Assembly (NCBI RefSeq): GCF_003704095.1
Contig: NW_020844169.1
Location: 186,001-250,000 of the forward strand
Source: Pocillopora damicornis
Taxonomy: Eukaryota
Length of the DNA: 64,000 bases
Direction: 5' to 3'
A program made the translations under genes and the position numbers. Below are positions 24,676-40,400 of the stretch, one piece after another. Position 1 is the first letter of the stretch, and each line of letters starts with the position of its first letter. Under the pieces are notes generated by a model. That model saw nothing but the letters and a program-made list of their open reading frames with translations, did no database searches and was not told the origin of the DNA.

Positions 24676-26695
24676 AGGGAGTCATTCCCAGTTTTAATTT
24701 GGAAATTCTAAGCTTCGGAGGCTTGGGATACAATGACTTGCGACCAGGCCTTTTGTTTTCAATTGGAGCCAGAAAATCGCTGAAATACTTCTGAAGGTGT
24801 TGAAAAGTATTGTTAACAGGTTTTCTTCTGCAAACCACTTGAAAACAGCGAGAATGATTGGCAAAAGGAGATGGATTTACAAGACAATGCAACCCTGCTC
24901 AGCTGAGCGCTCTAGTAGTAGCTCAACCCACATGATTTACGACTGGGGTGAGTTAGTCGATACACTAACCTCGTTTTTCGGGGTACAATAAGGAGGCTGA
25001 GAACCAGCGCCCCTTGACTGGTTAACCAGAGGATAAGCTGCACACGAAAACGTTTGTTTTTTTATTGAACTGCAATTCACTTGGGAATTAGAGCTACTTT
25101 TGCTATGAAAAGCTCGCCTCGGTAAATAAAAAAAGAACACGTTTTCTTTTTTTTTCCTGGCAACTAATTTGCCTAACCTCTTGCCGTTGAGCATATTTTA
25201 GAGGGGTTACATACATGTTGTTTGGATTTCAGTACAAATTGAGGGAAAGGCAGAAAATTGCATTCCCAAATCTACAGAAGTTACGAACCCCCTAGACGGA
25301 GAAAATTTAAACGCATTCCCTTGTAACAAAGATGGAATTATTTCCATCAAAACTGACTTCCATTCTAGGAATTTCTGGTGAAAACCCAACAGAAATTAGT
25401 AAAACCTATACAGAGCCTTCAAGAGGAAAGATCTCAATTAGTTACTCTCATCTGAAAAGCTTGTGTTGGTTAGAAATAATTGAATCAAACAAACATTACG
25501 AACAACCTCTTGCAAAGGTTAAATCAAGTTCACGATGGACATTTAACCGCCAAATACGTACTGCATTTCGAACAAGGCGCTGGAACAAGGCGTTCACTGA
25601 AGTCTCGGAAAGCGGGCCAAGGGCCGCGCTGGAGGTAGTTTACCTGAGGTTACTCTGCTCAATCTCCACACATACTTTCGCTTTGCACCGTTGTTGTAAT
25701 CACGTTGGTTTTGGTTTAACGAAACACACCCGAAAAGCGCTCCTATGCAACACGTGACAGGAACCACAACTTCGACACGTTTTATTCTGTATTCAATCAC
25801 AGATAAGCTTACATGAATCAGAGATCTACCTCTCTCGAAAAATTTCCTGAGCGCGAAGTTAAGAATTTATCAGTCAGTCTGAGATAGTTCAGAGAGTGCA
25901 TGAGGATTACTCAGTAGTTTCAACCTCGAGAAATACCATCTTCAGCATTTTTGCGTTTTTCTTTTAGGTCTAAGTGCTAACTTTCTCTGAAAAATAGACG
26001 CAATTCTCATTCGACCCGGGTCAGTCTAGGCCTCAGTGGTTAAAAAACAAGGCGGGCTGTACCGAACGCGCGTTCAATTTTAAAGAATCCACACACGTGC
26101 TTAGCCGGAAGACGAACTGTTCGACCAGGCAGAGTGCTATACCATGAGCATAGGCACGTTTGTTTGCCCAGGCATACATTAGGTTAACACTCGCGAGGCA
26201 AATTTTCTTTAAGTAGAGATAATGGGGATTGATTTTTTTCAATAATGTAACCTCGTCTTTAAACCTTCCCAAAGCAAAGGAAGCCCAAATTTGTGATCAC
26301 TACGCAGATATTTAACTATTAATACGCACAGACGTTCCATAATTGCACTAAGGGCATGAAAGCTGATGAAGTAATAAAATCACGTTCCTGTTAATCATTT
26401 GTTGGTCTAGTGTATTCAATAACTCACAGGGATTATTAGTTTTGCCACTTTTTAAGAACTTGCGACTACATTTTCGTATTTATGCACAAACTGTTTCAAT
26501 TCAATTTCGAGCCCTGAACGCAGGAAACGAAGAAAAGCGCAAACTAACCTAAAACAAAATCTTCAAGTTCTGCTATGTACAGCGTGGCACTTGCACGCTT
26601 TCTACAAAGGATAAAATGTTAAATTACTAAGTGCGTGATGATGCTATGTCAGAAAATGTTCAGCGCAGAGCCATTGCCTTGACATCTTCCTCAGA

Positions 26696-29600
26696 TCAGA
26701 GGAAATAGGATAGTTCGGATCTTGAGAAATGGTTCTTTTCATCACTGGGTGCTGTAGGATATGCTGCTACCAGAGCATCCTAAAAGGAGACAAAAAGCGG
26801 TGACATAGGTAAAATTTCTGAATAACACATAAATGAAAACACGACTAAGACGGAGGAGGATATATGGTAAGAGTAAACGTTAGTGACAGTTTTACCTGTG
26901 ATCCAATATACAAGCTGTTGTAAATCTTCCAGTAGACATCTCGAACCTTTCGCGCCGGATGAAACATTCCCTGGGAAATGTAACGATAAAAACGTAAGAT
27001 GAAAAGTTTTTTTCAAAGATTTCAATCCATCACAAAACTATCGACAAGCCACGACATGTAACGCAACGTAACATGAAATGGAAGATGTAAAGTTAATCGA
27101 AATAAACAATACCCTTTTGACATGGTGCAAGAGAAATGATTGGTAGTAGTAAACAGATTCAACTCATGTCAAAAACAAAAACTTCGAAGGAGTTATAACC
27201 TCTCACCTGTAAACAATATTGAAGTACTTTAGAAGGTCCTAAAGCCACTCTCATGCCTTCGATAGACTCCATCACTGCGTTCACGACATGAGGCGACGTC
27301 TCAAAGATGTTGGGCCACACGTAATTCATAAGGTGAGTGAGAGCATCTTCACAGCCAAAGCCTGACACTCCCAGGGCCATGTGCTTTATTGCGGCACACG
27401 CTGTTTGGCGATGAACCAGATCTCTGAAAGGATTGGAAGACCAGTCGTAAGAATAAGTAACTAATACACATGAAAAGGTCATTCTGTTATGAACGAAGAC
27501 TGACAATATCTAACCCTATGAGGGTCATTGCAGATACCGTAAACGGCTGAATAAGCCCCTGTCTAAAATTTAGAGATTCTACAAAGCCCCCCTCACCCGT
27601 TTCAATGACCTGGAAGTAAATGAGCCCCTCCCCACCCCCCCGTCGGCTCTCAGAGCGTTGACGATCCTTATACTGAAGTAACCCTGCCACCCCGCCTAAA
27701 TTCAGCTGGAGATTTTGGTCCATTTTCTGTTTGGAGGATACAGAAACCAATAACAATTTGTTAGTATATATCCCTTAACAGAGCGCCGTTAAATTAAGTG
27801 TTTGAACAGCACAGTCTGATTGATTATGGGGATGGCATGAGTTTTCAGGCTCAATCAAAGCATGAAACCACTGAGAATCCGCGTTGCGACGCTGAAAAAG
27901 GTGTGTCTAACCTGTCCATGAGAGCATCTTCCAATAGAGGTGTCACGGCATAGATGTAATCTTTACCCATTTCGCCAATGTATTCAAACAAGAACGACAG
28001 TGACTTAAGGACGCCATTTTGGACGTTCAGCTCTGGGACACGGTATTCATTCATTAGGGCTGGTAGAACAGTGAATGGCGAGCATGTCTCTGCAACAATG
28101 GCGATAGCGACAGTGGTGCACACTCTGTTCTGCCGTTCCTGCACTTTCAAGTTGTTGAGCAGTGTGGCGAGTACATCTTGAGGACTAGACGACAGGTAAA
28201 GATAACATGAAATTGAGTAAGAAGACGTCGGTATTAATCAAAAAAACACTTAAATTTTTGTTTATGCGACTTAGTGTAACTCAAAGAGCAATCTCTGGCC
28301 AAACAACCGGACGTATGCCGGAGATTTTTCTTCACAAATGGAAAATGTTTAAAATTTCACGAAAGAGAGAACGTTTGTGTTGACTAAATTATTTTTGTTT
28401 TCGCCTTCAAACCTCTGTTTATAGGAAATTAGCAGACGTATGCACTGAAAAAATTGATAAGATTTCTTTTACAGGATGTCCCGTAATACGAAGAAAAATA
28501 TCGCGATGAGTAAGCAGCCAAACGTATCAACTAACTTAAAAGCGAAGACATGAAACGTAGTGAGGATCGTTAGGCAACAATTGAAGATCTGGCTGGGCTC
28601 TACAGTAAGTAACTTACCCAATTGCCTTGGCGATGTATCCAAAAGTGTTGACAGTAGCTCTTCTGATAGCTTTCTTGTGGGCCTTCAGCAGTTCAAGGAG
28701 CTCAAAACAAATTCTCATCCACTCACGCGCACCGACATGTTCTGCTCCTCTGTCTGCAATCCTACCAACCAAGTCGATACAGTTCTCCTGAACCTTCTCG
28801 TGTCTGGTGAAGGAAAAGACCAGATGTAAAGATGATTTCTAGCCCTCTATGAGCCTTTGTAACATCGATATTTCGAAGTGCTAGAATGTGAAGCGAAAAT
28901 TTCCTTCAAAGTAACAGACACTACATAATATCAGCTTGTTTTAATATCAGTTTTTCAATCCGATGTCTCATTTTTATATGCAAACTTTTCAGTGGCTTTT
29001 AATAACGTTAAACAAAGCTTCAGTGTTCGTCATTGCTCGCGCTACAAGGTCGTGCTTACTTTGGTAAGATAGGAAAAACAATAAAACGGAAAAACCCGCA
29101 CCTGTTCTTGAGAATGGGTGTGAGTCTCGGCAAAAGATCTTTGATGGGTGGAGTCATTTTGTTCATTCCAATAACGTTGACAATTGCCTATAAACAAACA
29201 CATAACTAGTGGTTAGTATCCGGTCTTCACATAAGCAACGCTCTTTTAAAAACTATTTACCGTTCGTTTATGCTAACAGAACTGTAAAATCCAAAGCTAA
29301 TTATTCTTGTCGATCGCCATCTCTTTGTCTGTAAATCTTGAGCAGTTTTGAAAATGAACTAACTACGTAAAGGGGATTCATATTAGAGAGTCTTCCCAAA
29401 GTAGTGGTGCAATTTTCGAGCGCAAAGTTTTGCATCGAATATGTTGGAAATAGAAACTCGTCGATGAATCTTGTCCAGGAAAAGACGCTGGAGTAGAATT
29501 ACTCTTACTCAGTTCAAAATTTTACTGACAAGAGTCTCGGTGAATTAGTCTATTTTGACAAATTTTGTGCCTTACAAACTTTTCCTCAACAATTATACTT

Positions 29601-31432
29601 GCACAAGATATGGCCAGAAATTTACAGTTGTAAATTTATAATTTACACTTGCAATTTGTATAGGTAATGACACGATTTCGATTGCAATTTGGTGTTAATA
29701 AGCATGAGTAAATTTTTCAAAGACAACAAAAATTCACGAGCCGTAGGGCAAATGCAATTTGCTGTCTTTGGAAAATTTACAAGTGCTTTATTACAACACA
29801 TAGCACGAGAAATCATTTAATTACCTGTTAGTAATGTACATGAAAAAACATCGCAGAGTCAAGACACGTAAATTTCTACAACACGCTATTTGTAATTTGC
29901 ACTCATGTTACAACTTTGCACTCGTGTTACAGGAGACTGCACTCGTTTTCAGCCAATCAGAGCGCGTAATTTTTTTCACGTACATTATTAACAACGTAAA
30001 GGAGACCTTTCTGGAGTTAAAGCGGTTTCATAGAAAATTCACTGTTTTGGGTGATGTTAAACCAATCCTTTTACCATAATTTCCTATAAGTGTGTTTGCT
30101 CACCTTAAGGGCCCCCAAGATACTCCCCAGTACTTCAGGGTACTCTTCTCCAAGGTATTCGTACAGTACGACACCTAAGTGGCCCATGAGCTTCTCCTGT
30201 AGACAAAGACAATTCCATGTTTCATCAGATAATAAAAAAAGAAAGAAGGTATAACAGAAACGTTTTGGAAATGTTCATAGCGTTATTAACAATCATACTA
30301 ACGATCGGGACCTGCGAGCCAATTATTAAGAAGTAACCATTGATGTTGATAGCTCGCCCGTTAGCTGTACAATGTAGAGAAATTACAGGACGTTACAAAT
30401 TATTCTCTCCACGGATTTCAGGACTTAATAAGCTTAAAAATTTTCGCTTTTTCCTTGCGTACTCCAATCTTTCTTCTACTTCGCGTAAGGCAGATTAGTG
30501 ACTTTACCATATGAAAGACTTGTTGATAGTGAAGTCTGAACGTTAGGGTAAGAGTAGTACAGAAAGGGAATATTGTCGGTAATAGTGACTGACGTTTTGA
30601 CAACCTGAGTGGAAGTCATCAACAAAGCAAGAGACAGAGAAAAAAGTACAAAAAGAATATCACTCTGAAACTTGCCTCTCCGCATGTCATCATGACTTGA
30701 GCGATCCTTGATATGAGATCAGCAGCCTGTTGTCTGACCTTAGCTGATTTGTTGTTTAATCTCCACAGGATTGTACCACAGATCTGAGGCAGGTATGGCT
30801 TAACACGCTTACCCAGCGCATTCACCACTGTACCGAAACCATTCAACATAACAATGTCCTATGGAGAACAAATGAGTAAAGCTCAGCGAAAAAACCAGCA
30901 TTTTCACACAAAGGCCACAACACAAAATTAGAGAGAAAATGTGATTAGGCGAGAAGCTAGTGGAATAACAGAAAACGCACCATTGTTCACAAATTTCCTT
31001 GCAGAAATGAGAATTCTGCTGGACAAATATTGAGGTATCAACCCTTAGAAACCGAAAGCTAGTTCTTCTAGTTGATATTTATTTTTCTGTTTGTTTACTG
31101 TTTCAAACAATTTGGTGTTTTATCGAGACAAATGAGCTCCAAGAGGCGCGTTTCTCCGCTCGCGGGAGGATTGGAGATCAGCAGGGGAGAGGTTTTTCGG
31201 GAGTCTGGCGCTAATAATGCTCATTTTCAGTGTTGGACCTCTTGCAAACCTCACTCGCCCCATACTTTCCAGCGGGCGAAGAAGCAGTCGTACCGAAGCA
31301 CTTATAACGAGCGCCTGCTCTCAGGCTACAACTTAGCTGATTTATGTTTTTAAAGTTCTCATTACCTTTCTTGACAGAGTATCGAAATGCTATGGAGAGT
31401 GTGTGCAGTAGTCACTCTTGGAGTGAAAAAAC

Positions 31433-31463
<31 letters not shown>

Positions 31464-34400
31464 CAAAAAACAAAAAACAAAACAAAACAAACAAACAAAC
31501 AAAAAGGTAATTACCTCCTGAGTTTGTTCCTGAAAGGCATACAGGATTCCGTCAATAAGCTGCTCTTCAAGACGGGAATCAACATCGGATGAGCCCAGGT
31601 TACCCATGGTCTGAAAATAAAAACCATTAGAGTTTTTTTCGCAAACTCACCCAGAAAACAAACAAGAACCAAAACAATAACAATATACAGAACGTCATAA
31701 ATGGTGGTATGAAGGACAGTGACCTTTTAGGACGTGTGAGTGCATAATACATATAGTGTAATTTTGCTTGGGGCATGTGATCTAGTTTTGAGTTGGAAAA
31801 AAACACAACGAAAGATTTGGTGTAATTTTGGAGTTAAGTTTTCGGTTCTGCCACTAAATTGTACGTGGAATTCAATGAGTGGTTTAACTCGAAACCACAT
31901 GGTAGGAACTGGCTTTCTGACGTTAGGGTGGTAAGAGATAATATGTTAATAGTTACCTTTTCAATCGTTTCCATGACCATTTTTCGGTACTGTTCATTTT
32001 CATCTTTGAGATCGTCCACTATTCGGTTGATGATCTCAGATGCTCCTACTTTGTTGGCCAGTTCCACAGTTGTATCCACAAGCTGTCAAAATTATACAAA
32101 ATATACAATGTCACTTTAATTCTGAGATTGGAATACTTTACACATTATTATTACTTGGTGCTTGAAAACGGATTACAAAGCCCATTCTAAAATAAAAGCT
32201 TCTCTTAAAGAAAAAAGTGAGAACTGATGTTTTATATTATGTTGATGCTGTAGACACAGGAAAAGAAGATCGAGAAATAAGGTTTCTAAGACGCTTATTA
32301 CTTTCCTAACAATGATAACAAGATGCTTACAAAAATTTAACTCTTCAAGACCCTAAATTTCAGACTACTCTGGCTAACTTACTTTTAATACAATTTGAGC
32401 ACAATGCATACATATCATGAACTTGACTGACCTGTCTGTAATTTCTCCTATCCAATGCCATCCTGTGCTGCCAGAAATGTTTGAAGAAATCTGGTAAAAT
32501 CTCATCTTTGATGTACTGCGGTTCAACACCATCCGTGGCACAGCACTGCTTCACTACCTGCAAACCAGACAAGCCAAAAGGATATTAGCCAGCTACTAAA
32601 CATGCGCAGTGATACAACTTGATTTTCTGTTTTGTTATCTTGCACTTGGGTTTATAACAAAGTTCACAACGTTAAGTTGGTGGACCATTTTTGAAGTATG
32701 TTAACCAATTAACCTGATTTGAAGAAAAACAAGAATTCTTTAGCTGTTTACCTTCAACACAATCTTTTTCATTTCTTCGTCAGGGCTCTGAAACTCACGA
32801 ATCAAGATCAGCATCACTTCTCTGGTATAGTAGTTGGCATACTCTGCATCCATGAGTGGAATAAGGTATCCAATAGCCTTCAGAAAGGCAGCCAGACCCT
32901 GCAAAAACACATTTGAAGTAAGCAATGGTATGAAAAACCTTCACCCTTTTTATTCAACCCACGTCCAAATCTCTGGACACAAAACAGTGATAAATGCAGA
33001 ATAGATAAGGCAGCAAAGTGTCTCTCTCAAATACGTTACTTTTGAAGAAATAATAAGGTAAGATTTTGTGTGCAACATCTTCATTTTCCAGATTCAAAGT
33101 TTTCAGCCAAACCACAAGGCCTGTGTAGAAGATTTTAAGTTAATGCACACTGTAATCAATAGTTGACCCCAAATTCAAAATTTTCAGACCTTGTACAATA
33201 ACATTTGGCCAAGGAAATTTGAGAGATATTCACTTCAGGAGAATTGGATCTCAACAAGAATTGACCACTTCTTGCACCTTGGAAAAACATCCAGACATCT
33301 TGCTATTTTATAAACACTTCATCTGTATTATCTATGCTTATTAGAGGCCTTATAAGTGTTTAAATTTCTGTAGTTTCTAGAAAATCCAAGACTCTCCACT
33401 AAGCTGTGTGACACATTCTTTTAAAAAGTTACCTTTCCTCTGTGTTGTCTTATACCCTTCCACAAGGGCTTCAGGACACTATCAAAGGACTCAATACCAT
33501 AGGGTGTAGCAGCTTCAGCCAGGGCAGCTAAGGCAAGAGCAGTGATAGTTCGTACCTTCTGCTGTTCATCAACCAAACCTAACAAAGCAGCCAAGATATA
33601 TATTTCAAGAGTGTTACTCATCCACAGAATACCCATTAAGGTATTACTTGGTGCATTACTAGTAAACATTTCTTTGTAACTCAGATTAAATAATTTGGTG
33701 AAAAATCGAGAACAAAACCCTTGCCTGAAAGCCTGCCTGCTCCCATCATGGTTTGCAGGATAATGTAGTAAAATTGAAAGGAGAAATTGCATTTTTGTCC
33801 TTTCTGGATGTTCATCAGTAGCTATGCTATTACATTTTTCCGTCCAGACATTATCTACTCTTTCCACAATACAGTGGACAATATCTCTATGTTCTAAATG
33901 TGGTCTCTTTGATAGATGTAACTCACTTTTACTATTTTGTTGGTAGAGTCTAGAAGAAAGCTATTGCTTATACTGCACAATAAGTGTGGATAAGATAGTT
34001 TAAGATAGTTAAATGATATCAAGCTATCTAAAAATTTTGTACTACATAGGGCTATATATTGTGTCAGTCACTCTTTTGAGCTTTCAATCTTAAAATCTTC
34101 TGTACAACCTCTCTTACCATGTTCAATAATCTCCACTAAGTTTCTCAAATGAGGCAGGATAGCACATCCCATCAAAATGGCTATCTGCTGGACAATTTTG
34201 ATTCCAGTGTGACGTGCTTGCCATGATTTCTTGCTGCGACATACAGCTTTTAAGAATGGTAACAAGGAAGGAATGCCAAGAGCTGAAGCTACAACTGCAA
34301 AAGCTCTGCAATGAATAGATCACAACAGTCATGTAAGTTGTACATGTACATTTACATCAACATATATGATTGGAGATAAAAAACTAAACACGAACTTTTA

Positions 34401-37400
34401 TTGACTAATATGTATGGAGCTTACCTTGCTGTTGTGTTACGGACATACTCATCAATATTATCAATATCAGGTCTCATGGTAGAGATCATTGTGGCCAAAC
34501 CAGCAGCCTAAAAGACAGATATACATTAGCAATATAGTGAATCATCTTTTCCACTTCATAGTTACATGACATTTGATCAGTCTTTGTAGGCCACACATTA
34601 GTAAATTGTACAATATTCAACATGGCTTGATTATGGCAGAAGCCGATTTCTTCTCTTTATGAGTTGTTTAAGTCTCTGTGAAGGAAGACACCTTCCTTGA
34701 AATGGAAAAGAAAAAACAATGCTCTTATACCACCCTAAAAGAGAAAAAAATATTGTTTCAGAAAGACAAAAATGAATCCTCTACTAACCTTAGCCAAGTT
34801 GGAAATAATTTCACGTCCCTCCACTCTAGCATAGTAGTCTTCATCAATCAAAAGTGGCTCAATAACCACAAGGATCTGCGAGAGATAAGGCCAAGTTCAG
34901 TAAATGGCATGAATATAAAGAGCATACTACCTAAGAAAAAGATGCACTGAAGCATAGCAACCATTTAGCTTACCTTATGGACAAATGGACGAACAAGATC
35001 ATCAAGTTTGTACAGAATTCTGTCAATGACCTTCACCAACAAATGACGTTCCTGTAAACAAAAAAACTCCTTCATCAGAGGGATGAAAATGATTGAATCA
35101 TCAAAAGTAAAAATGAGCAAGGATAGCTATAGACAATTTTTAAAAAATCTTTACATTTAACAAAAATTCAGGCTTAAGAGTTCAGACTTCATGTAAAGAT
35201 GTACAGATGAGTGCATGCTAGCTATTTTAGTGTGTACACAATTTAACAAAGTATCTGGGAATTTATTTTCTTCCAAGCAAGCAAGTGGTAAATGGACAGA
35301 GGGCATTACTATCAGGAAGTCTAAGTACTTATTTTTTAGTTTAAAATGATTTTAAAATAGATCAATTTTTTCTTTGATCCTGCTATGTTACCAAAGTAAT
35401 TAACCAAAAGAACCCACATCAAACTGTTTTTAAATCATATAAACTATGCCTAAAATACAAGTGCATGCAAAGAACTGCCCAACTTCACCAAATAAATATA
35501 AATTCCATTTCACACTGAGCATCAAAAGAACAAAACCAGAAGTTTGTTCAAATTTTACGTCACCTGATCTTCAAGTGTAGGAGACATAAGAAGAGGTAGG
35601 ATCTGGTTGAACAGTGGACCTGCTCCAAACTCACGAGCTTTGTCTGTGATCTGACGCAAGGCAGCCTTTCTCATGGGTGGAGTGCCATTTTTAATCTTCA
35701 GTAAGAGTTTCATGATCTTTCTTTCCTTCAACTCTTCTGGACTAAGAGTGCTCTCATCAACATCCACCTGTTGATATCATGAGGCTAGGTGAGACACAGC
35801 ACAGTTTAAACAAATTAACAAATCTATTATTTAGTCATTTTTTCTAAACAGAACGAAATACTCCTGGGCGTGTTTTACTTCATAACCATTATTGTACACT
35901 CTCTTGCCTCTTTCAAGTCATCAGCACAGAAATTCAATAAACAATATACATACTGTCCTGCAGAAAAATAATAAGATTTTAAAAAAGGTATCAACTAACA
36001 GTTCTTTTTTTCAGTAAAATGTGTGGGAGCTACTTCTTATATGTCTAAACCTTTTAAGTCTTGGGCTTTTTCAACTTACCAGCAGCTTATCAAAGTACTG
36101 TACATCATCTGGTTTCAAGTAGGGCAAGTTACCAGGTGGTTGATCTTCAACCAGTTTGGCTGATCTGTCTTCTTGCTGCATTAACAAATAAAAAGAAAAC
36201 AATTAGTCACAAGTGAAATATTTCAACAACAGCATAAGCGTTATCTTGAATAAATTCCACATGACAGAGATGAGATGGTATCATATCAACAAGCCATATA
36301 ATCTTTCCAACATTTTAAATGGATAGTGTGGATGACAAGAAAGGAAGTCAGTATCACATACCTGGATGAAAAAGCCACTTCCCCCTATAGGGGTGGGAGT
36401 GGCTGTTAGCTTACGGCTTGGAGTTCTGATAGGCTGATAGCCTGGAGGTGGCTCAAGAATCTGAAAGATAAAATGTTTATCATCAGGGCCCAGTTGTTCA
36501 ACTTTCTTTCTTTCTGGACTTTCTTTTAAAGCTTTCAGATCTGGAAAAAGATTTCACACCAACCCTGGGTTATCTTAACCCCAATTTAAACAACCTGGCC
36601 CAGGTTTATAGAAAGTTTGAAAGAAACAAGAAACTGGTGGTAACCAGTAATTTTTGAAGTGCAGTCAAGTCTTGTTCTCTCCTCACCTATAGATTTTAGG
36701 GTCTTTTTGTGTCATTTTATTGCACATTCATTGGAAAAGGACCACAAGTTTTGAAAGCATTACTAATACATGTTTAAAACAATAAGAGTGAAACATTTGA
36801 CCAGCTACCGAATGAAGACTGGTTCAAATGAAGTCCACACCATTCCACAGAATTGACTGCAAATTTGCTTAAGAATAGTCTGTTTCTTTGTGAAGCTCAA
36901 AAGCAAAAAAGAAAGGGAAAGGCCCTTTTTTCCCTCTAATTAATCCAAAATGAGAACAAAACACTCATACCTTGTATCCCTCTTTTGGGAAAAACGAATC
37001 CAGTTCATCATCAGAAAGGTACCTGTTCCTTTCATCAATTTCCCTCTCCCAGCGATATGCCTGCATCTGCTCTGGTGTCATAGCCATCTGTCCTGGGGTA
37101 GGTGTCTGCATCTGCATGGCTGCAGGTCCAGCTGGTGTCACGCCACTGGTACCAATCATTGGGGTGGTGCCACCCATTTGACTGGCAGGTGTCTCATCCC
37201 ATCGTGAACGTCGCTTACTTCCTGGAGTAGGTGTGGCTCCAGGTGTCTCGGCACCAGTGCGATCTGTTCTAGGAGTTTCTGCCCAGCCTGGAGTGGCATG
37301 ACCTGGAGTGGCATGACCTGGAGTTTCACCTTTGAGGAGAAAAGCCGTCCATAAACAAAAGTTTTCTTAAATGATCAGCATTTTATTTTTCATTTATATC

Positions 37401-40400
37401 TTATGTTCAATTTTCCAAGTTTAAGGAGGATCAATTGTCTCAATATACTACAATCTTTTCTATAATAATTACTCCCTAACGTTTTGGTAATGTATTGTGA
37501 TCCTGCTAGCCTAAAGGAACTTGCACTGTTCAGGAAATTTAGTTATTTCATTGTGCATAATGTAAATGGAAAAAAGTCAAGAGATCAAGATCATGTTTAA
37601 AAGCCGCAGCTGTCATTGTAAAAACAGAAGAACTTAAAACTGGTGACACTTCCCTTCAAAATCAACAACTGCCCAGGAAAGAGGAGATTATTGACATACT
37701 GAAAACAACAAACCTCTTTCTGTCTTGGGAGTTTCATCCCAGCGATTTCTCCTGGTTGATGAAATGCCTGGTAATCAAGCAAAAGCCATTAGAAATTAAC
37801 AATAGTTGACCCAAAATAAGAACATATATATATAAATATATGAGCCCTGAGCACACAAAAAGAAGACTTTACCTGGTGTGGTATTGCCGCCAGGAGTGGC
37901 ATGTCCAGGTGTGGCATGTCCAGGGGTCACATGGCTTGGTGTAGCTTCCCATATCCTGGTGCTAGGGGTAGCTCCTGGTGTCTCAGAGCCAGGCCTGTGG
38001 GGGGTAACACCTGGTGTTTCTGAGCCTTTTGCACGCCCAGGAGTTTCATCCCAGCGACTGGCAGAAGGAGTCGCCATCTGTAATGAAAGCAAGTAAAGGT
38101 TTTAAAATTTTATCTGAGAAAGAAATGGCTGCATTTGTTGCCTTCAAAGCTGACTAAAGACTGGTTGCAGGGTTCATAAACAGTACAAGAATTGAGTTGT
38201 CTTTGATTTATATACTGCTTTAAGGACATGAAACCAGTACTCGTAGATGTATCCTGAGGAAAAAAGAGTTTGACATCTCTGAGAAGCAAGTTTTCCTACC
38301 TCAGCCTGATCCCAACTGCTAGACTTTTTCTTGGCTGGTGTTTCATCCCCAGAAGCCTGCTGATCCCATCTGCGGCGCTTCCTCTCTGAAATGAAATGAA
38401 ACACAATTCCACTTGAGTGTTTAAACTGCAAACAACTCATATTCAACATTTTATTAGTATCAGCTAAGCAAGCTGCTTGCACCTATTTTACATGTTTCTT
38501 CCCTTCCTTCCCAAAATAAAAAAATAAAAAAGAGAAGATAAATATCCAACAATCATAAAAAGTACAGTGTTATCTTGTTGCAATATTACTACTTGGAGAG
38601 GGGATTGAAAAGCTTTAACTCTTTAAGATGATTAACATGTAACTTCAACCAACACACAGGTAATGAGAACACTCAAAGTTATAAGGTAAAAGTTGTTATA
38701 TAGAACGAACACCAAATTCTTGTAATTAATTTACAATGAAATATGTCACAGCTAGAGGGGAGAATTCACAATCAAATCTTGGTTGAAAGGTTAACAGAAA
38801 CAAACCTGGTTTTGATGCTGCAGCTGGTTGAGCCTTTTGCAATTCCCCTGAGGCTGCTTGGTTCCTGATATCATGAAAGATTTGCGCCTAGAAAGAAGAC
38901 AAACAAAATTTATCACTAGCTGTTCTAACCTTTCCCACAAACAAAGACCGTCCTACTTGATAACTTGAAGGAACATCATTTAGAAGGTTTCAATGACAGA
39001 AGTTATGTAACAAATCATTAAGAAAAAAAGCCCAACATTACTAATGAAAAATCTATAATACAGCAAAAATTAACAAAAAAGAGCCCTTCACAAAAATGAG
39101 ACTATTCCTTCTTCAGCTCAAAATATCATTAATTTAGTCCATAATCTATGTAAAGTGCACAGAATACAAACCTGCTCTCTCTGAAGAGCTGTTTCTTGAA
39201 TAATGTCCTGATACGTCCTGGTATTCATCAAATGGGATGGATCAGGTGTTTTGCCACCTTACAAGAGAAAAATAAAAAACAGAAACAATATTAGCTGCTT
39301 TCAAATTACCAAACACAACAGCACATGACAAAATAACAAAATTATCACAGCAGCTTAGCTAACAATATGAAGAGGTACAAAAGACTAGAAAATCCTACCA
39401 CAAAAATTTACCATGCAATTTCTTGCAATTCAATCCTCTGAAATTCTTTCAACTACTACTCTTACACAACAATTGCCAGTCTCTTCAAATCCATGGAAAC
39501 AGTTCAATTGTAACTGCCATTTTAGGACTTTCAGAAACCAGCAAGTGCATTTGTTAAAACTAAGCTGCTAGTTGCAAAAGACAGATTATGACAAACAGAC
39601 ACAATAACACCACACATGTACAATTGTTTTTTTTTTTGTCTGGAAAGGTGGCTGCGGCAAGGTAACACCAACCCAATGGCTAGTCTTGAGATGAGTCACT
39701 GACGTCGCATCTTGGCATGGCATCGAGTTAGTTGATAAACTCAAGCACTTCTCCTATTTAAAAATTCTTCAGAGGTCAGTAATCGACCACTGTGTAGCAT
39801 CAGTACTGGCTTAGGGCATCTTACTCTAAGTATGTACTGTGTATTCTACACTCTACAAATATGAAATTTCAATAAACTTTCCCTGGATTTTGAGGAAAGG
39901 TGTCCTCTTCACAATGCCTCTTTTTTTTAATTTACTAATTTTGGAAGGGATGAAGTTAGCTTTGGCATGATAGTACAAAATTTTGTCTGACTACATCTGT
40001 TTTTCTATTTTTTCTTTTTTTTTTAGTGAAGATTACTAAAATTCACCTTGCATTTCAGAATACAGAGTACTGTAAAAATTATATAATTTTGAGGAAAAAA
40101 AGAATTCCCTTTGCACATAGATTCATGTATTGATGATGAAACACTGTTGTGAAACCATCAAGAATTCAAATTACTTGCAAGTATAACACTTTGAAAACTG
40201 TTTTCAAACTTGAACAGCTACAATTTAGCAAACATTGAAATATTCAAACATTGTCATTCAAAAAATTATATAGCCTTGAAATTATGCTGGTAATGACATT
40301 TTGTTCCACAAGACTTGTACCAAAAATAAAACTTGAACAATAGTATCTATAAATAACCAACATTGAGACAAATACTCTTGCATTAATTTTGCGCAGTTGA

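Noticed and set aside
24569-25800. Short + strand ORFs divergent from ENKUR (24569, 24797, 25332)
   Set aside because: No recognisable motifs and no consistent exon chain; the best splice attempt stops within ~16 codons.
28620-33580. SF3B1 cancer-hotspot or drug-resistance substitutions (K700 and R1074 equivalents)
   Set aside because: EQQKVRT and [14 protein letters not shown] are the wild-type sequences.
37280-38070. 15-bp tandem repeats in SF3B1 exons
   Set aside because: They encode the ordinary TPGH/TP repeats of the SF3B1 N-terminus.
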